From assembly GCF_003018255.1 (NCBI RefSeq), contig NZ_CP027440.1: a DNA stretch of 64,000 nucleotides, one strand, 5' to 3'. Under the pieces are notes generated by a model. It did not search any database. It was given only the letters and a program-made list of their open reading frames with translations, and had not been told where the DNA came from. A program made the position numbers and the translations under genes. Origin of the DNA: Escherichia coli. Lineage in GTDB: Bacteria > Pseudomonadota > Gammaproteobacteria > Enterobacterales > Enterobacteriaceae. This document shows, piece by piece, positions 62,396-64,000 of this stretch; positions within the stretch are counted from its first letter, which is position 1; every line of letters begins with the position of its first letter.

Positions 62396-63274
62396 TCCCG
62401 GCAAAAAACACTCTTCAACACACTGAATAAAAGTGTGCATCGCCGGGCTAACCGCTTTTCCAGCATGGTGTGCGCACATGGCCGTAATGGTCTGCGACTG
62501 TTCGCCAAAAGGCAATTCGATTAATTCGCCACTCGCAAGTTCATTTGCCACTGTAAAGCGCGGCAGGTAACTGACCCCGATATTTGCCGCGACACAACGC
62601 TTGATGCTTTCGATACTTATAAGCTCAATGGTGTTTTCCACCGTGATCCGTCGCTGGCGCAGCGTGCTCTCAAATATCTGCCGGAAGACACATTGTGGTT
62701 CGTTGATAATAAAGCTACAGGCGTTATGTCTTCCCGGCTCAGTAAAATCGACATCTGCAATTTGCGGTGAAGCCACCAGCACCAGCGGTTGTTCACCCAA
62801 CTCTCGTCGGTTCAAAGCATCATCATTCCCTACGCGATAAAAAACCCCGACATCGGCCTCATCATTCAGTAGCGCATCACGGATCACGTAACAGTTCAGC
62901 GACTGCAACGATAAACGCACTTTTGGAGCGCGTTGCCGAAAACGCTGCAACACCTGCGGCATTCGATAAGAGAGCAACGTTTCGCCTGAAATAACGCGTA
63001 GTTCCCCGTCCGGATCCGACTCTTTTTTGGCAGCCTCACGAAGGGTATCCATCACTCTGGTGAGTTCATAAATGTGCGGCAGCAGCTTTTTTCCTTCGCG
63101 GGTAAGGCACATTCGTCGACCAATTTTCTCAAATAACTGGACTGAGAACTCCTGCTCAAGCTGCTGAATATGAAAAGTCACCGTCGATTGTGTGCAGCAC
63201 AATTTTTGCGAAGCTCGCAAAAAGGAACCCTCTTCCACCACGGTTTTAAGTGTAATAAAACGGCGCAGATCCAT
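62393..63274 (-). CDS. yfiE: LysR-family transcriptional regulator
   Basis: ORF track 62393..63319; start moved to ATG at 63272-63274 (MDLRRFITLKTVVEEGSF...), 293 aa; divergent from eamB. Confidence 0.88.
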   Translation of the reverse strand: MDLRRFITLKTVVEEGSFLRASQKLCCTQSTVTFHIQQLEQEFSVQLFEKIGRRMCLTREGKKLLPHIYELTRVMDTLREAAKKESDPDGELRVISGETLLSYRMPQVLQRFRQRAPKVRLSLQSLNCYVIRDALLNDEADVGVFYRVGNDDALNRRELGEQPLVLVASPQIADVDFTEPGRHNACSFIINEPQCVFRQIFESTLRQRRITVENTIELISIESIKRCVAANIGVSYLPRFTVANELASGELIELPFGEQSQTITAMCAHHAGKAVSPAMHTFIQCVEECFLPG

Positions 63275-63376
63275 AACCCCAAACCTATCGAAAATATCGA
63301 ATTTAGAATGTAAAAACATTCATTTTTTTAAATGTTCCGTGTCGGGTACTGTCTACCAAAACAGAGGAGATAACAA

Positions 63377-63964
63377 GTGACACCGACCCTTTTAAGTGCT
63401 TTTTGGACTTACACCCTGATTACCGCCATGACGCCAGGACCGAACAATATTCTCGCCCTTAGCTCAGCCACAACGCACGGATTTCGTCAGAGTACTCGCG
63501 TGCTGGCAGGGATGAGTCTGGGATTTTTAATCGTCATGTTGCTATGCGCGGGAATTTCGTTTTCACTGGCTGTTATCGACCCGGCAGCAGTGCATCTGTT
63601 GAGTTGGGCGGGGGCGGCATATATTGTCTGGCTGGCGTGGAAAATCGCTACCAGTCCAACAAAGGAAGATGGGCTTCAGACAAAACCAATCAGTTTTTGG
63701 GCCAGCTTTGCTTTGCAGTTTGTGAACGTCAAAATCATTTTGTATGGCATTACAGCACTGTCGACGTTTGTCCTGCCGCAAACGCAGGCGCTAAGCTGGA
63801 TAATTGGCGTCAGCGTTTTGCTGGCGATGATTGGGACGTTTGGCAATGTGTGCTGGGCGCTGGCGGGGCACCTGTTTCAGCGATTGTTTCGCCAGTATGG
63901 TCGCCAGTTAAATATCGTGCTCGCGCTGCTGCTGGTCTATTGCGCGGTACGCATTTTCTATTAA
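63377..63964 (+). CDS. eamB: cysteine/O-acetylserine exporter (LysE/RhtB family)
   Basis: ORF track, 195 aa, GTG start behind an AGAGGAGA Shine-Dalgarno (MTPTLLSAFWTYTLITAMTPGPNN...). Confidence 0.9.
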   Translation: MTPTLLSAFWTYTLITAMTPGPNNILALSSATTHGFRQSTRVLAGMSLGFLIVMLLCAGISFSLAVIDPAAVHLLSWAGAAYIVWLAWKIATSPTKEDGLQTKPISFWASFALQFVNVKIILYGITALSTFVLPQTQALSWIIGVSVLLAMIGTFGNVCWALAGHLFQRLFRQYGRQLNIVLALLLVYCAVRIFY

Positions 63965-64000
63965 CGAAAAAAAGCGGAAGAAGTCGCCCTCTTCCGCTTA

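Overview
This 64 kb window reads as a contiguous, syntenic block of Escherichia coli core chromosome (K-12-like order): yfhM' - sseA - ryfA locus - sseB - pepB - iscX-fdx-hscA-hscB-iscA-iscU-iscS-iscR - trmJ - suhB - yfhR - csiE - hcaT - hcaR - hcaEFCBD - yphA - yphBCDEFG - yphH - glyA - hmp - glnB - glrR-qseG-glrK - glmY - purL - mltF - tadA - pgpC - yfhH - yfhL - shoB/ohsC - acpS-pdxJ-recO-era-rnc-lepB-lepA - rseCBA-rpoE - nadB - trmN6 - srmB - yfiE - eamB. Gene identities come from my recognition of the translated ORFs and their lengths; no database search was run. I found no rRNA, tRNA, CRISPR array, IS element, integrase or phage gene. I do not see evidence for a wholly new system here. 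The least-characterised parts are (1) the sseA-sseB intergenic region, which holds a tandem ~320 bp partial duplication, a 41-codon hydrophobic small ORF and a 17-nt perfect match consistent with a divergent antisense sRNA (a type I toxin-antitoxin-like layout), and (2) the yphBCDEFG/yphH sugar-transport and catabolism locus with the 1093-aa YphG of unknown function. Also present are the ShoB/OhsC toxin-antitoxin pair and the GlmY sRNA with its sigma54 promoter and three GlrR sites. CDS ends follow the supplied ORF track; many starts were moved to internal start codons where the track ORF was an in-frame 5' extension. Coordinates of small motifs were hand-counted and may be off by 1-2 bp.
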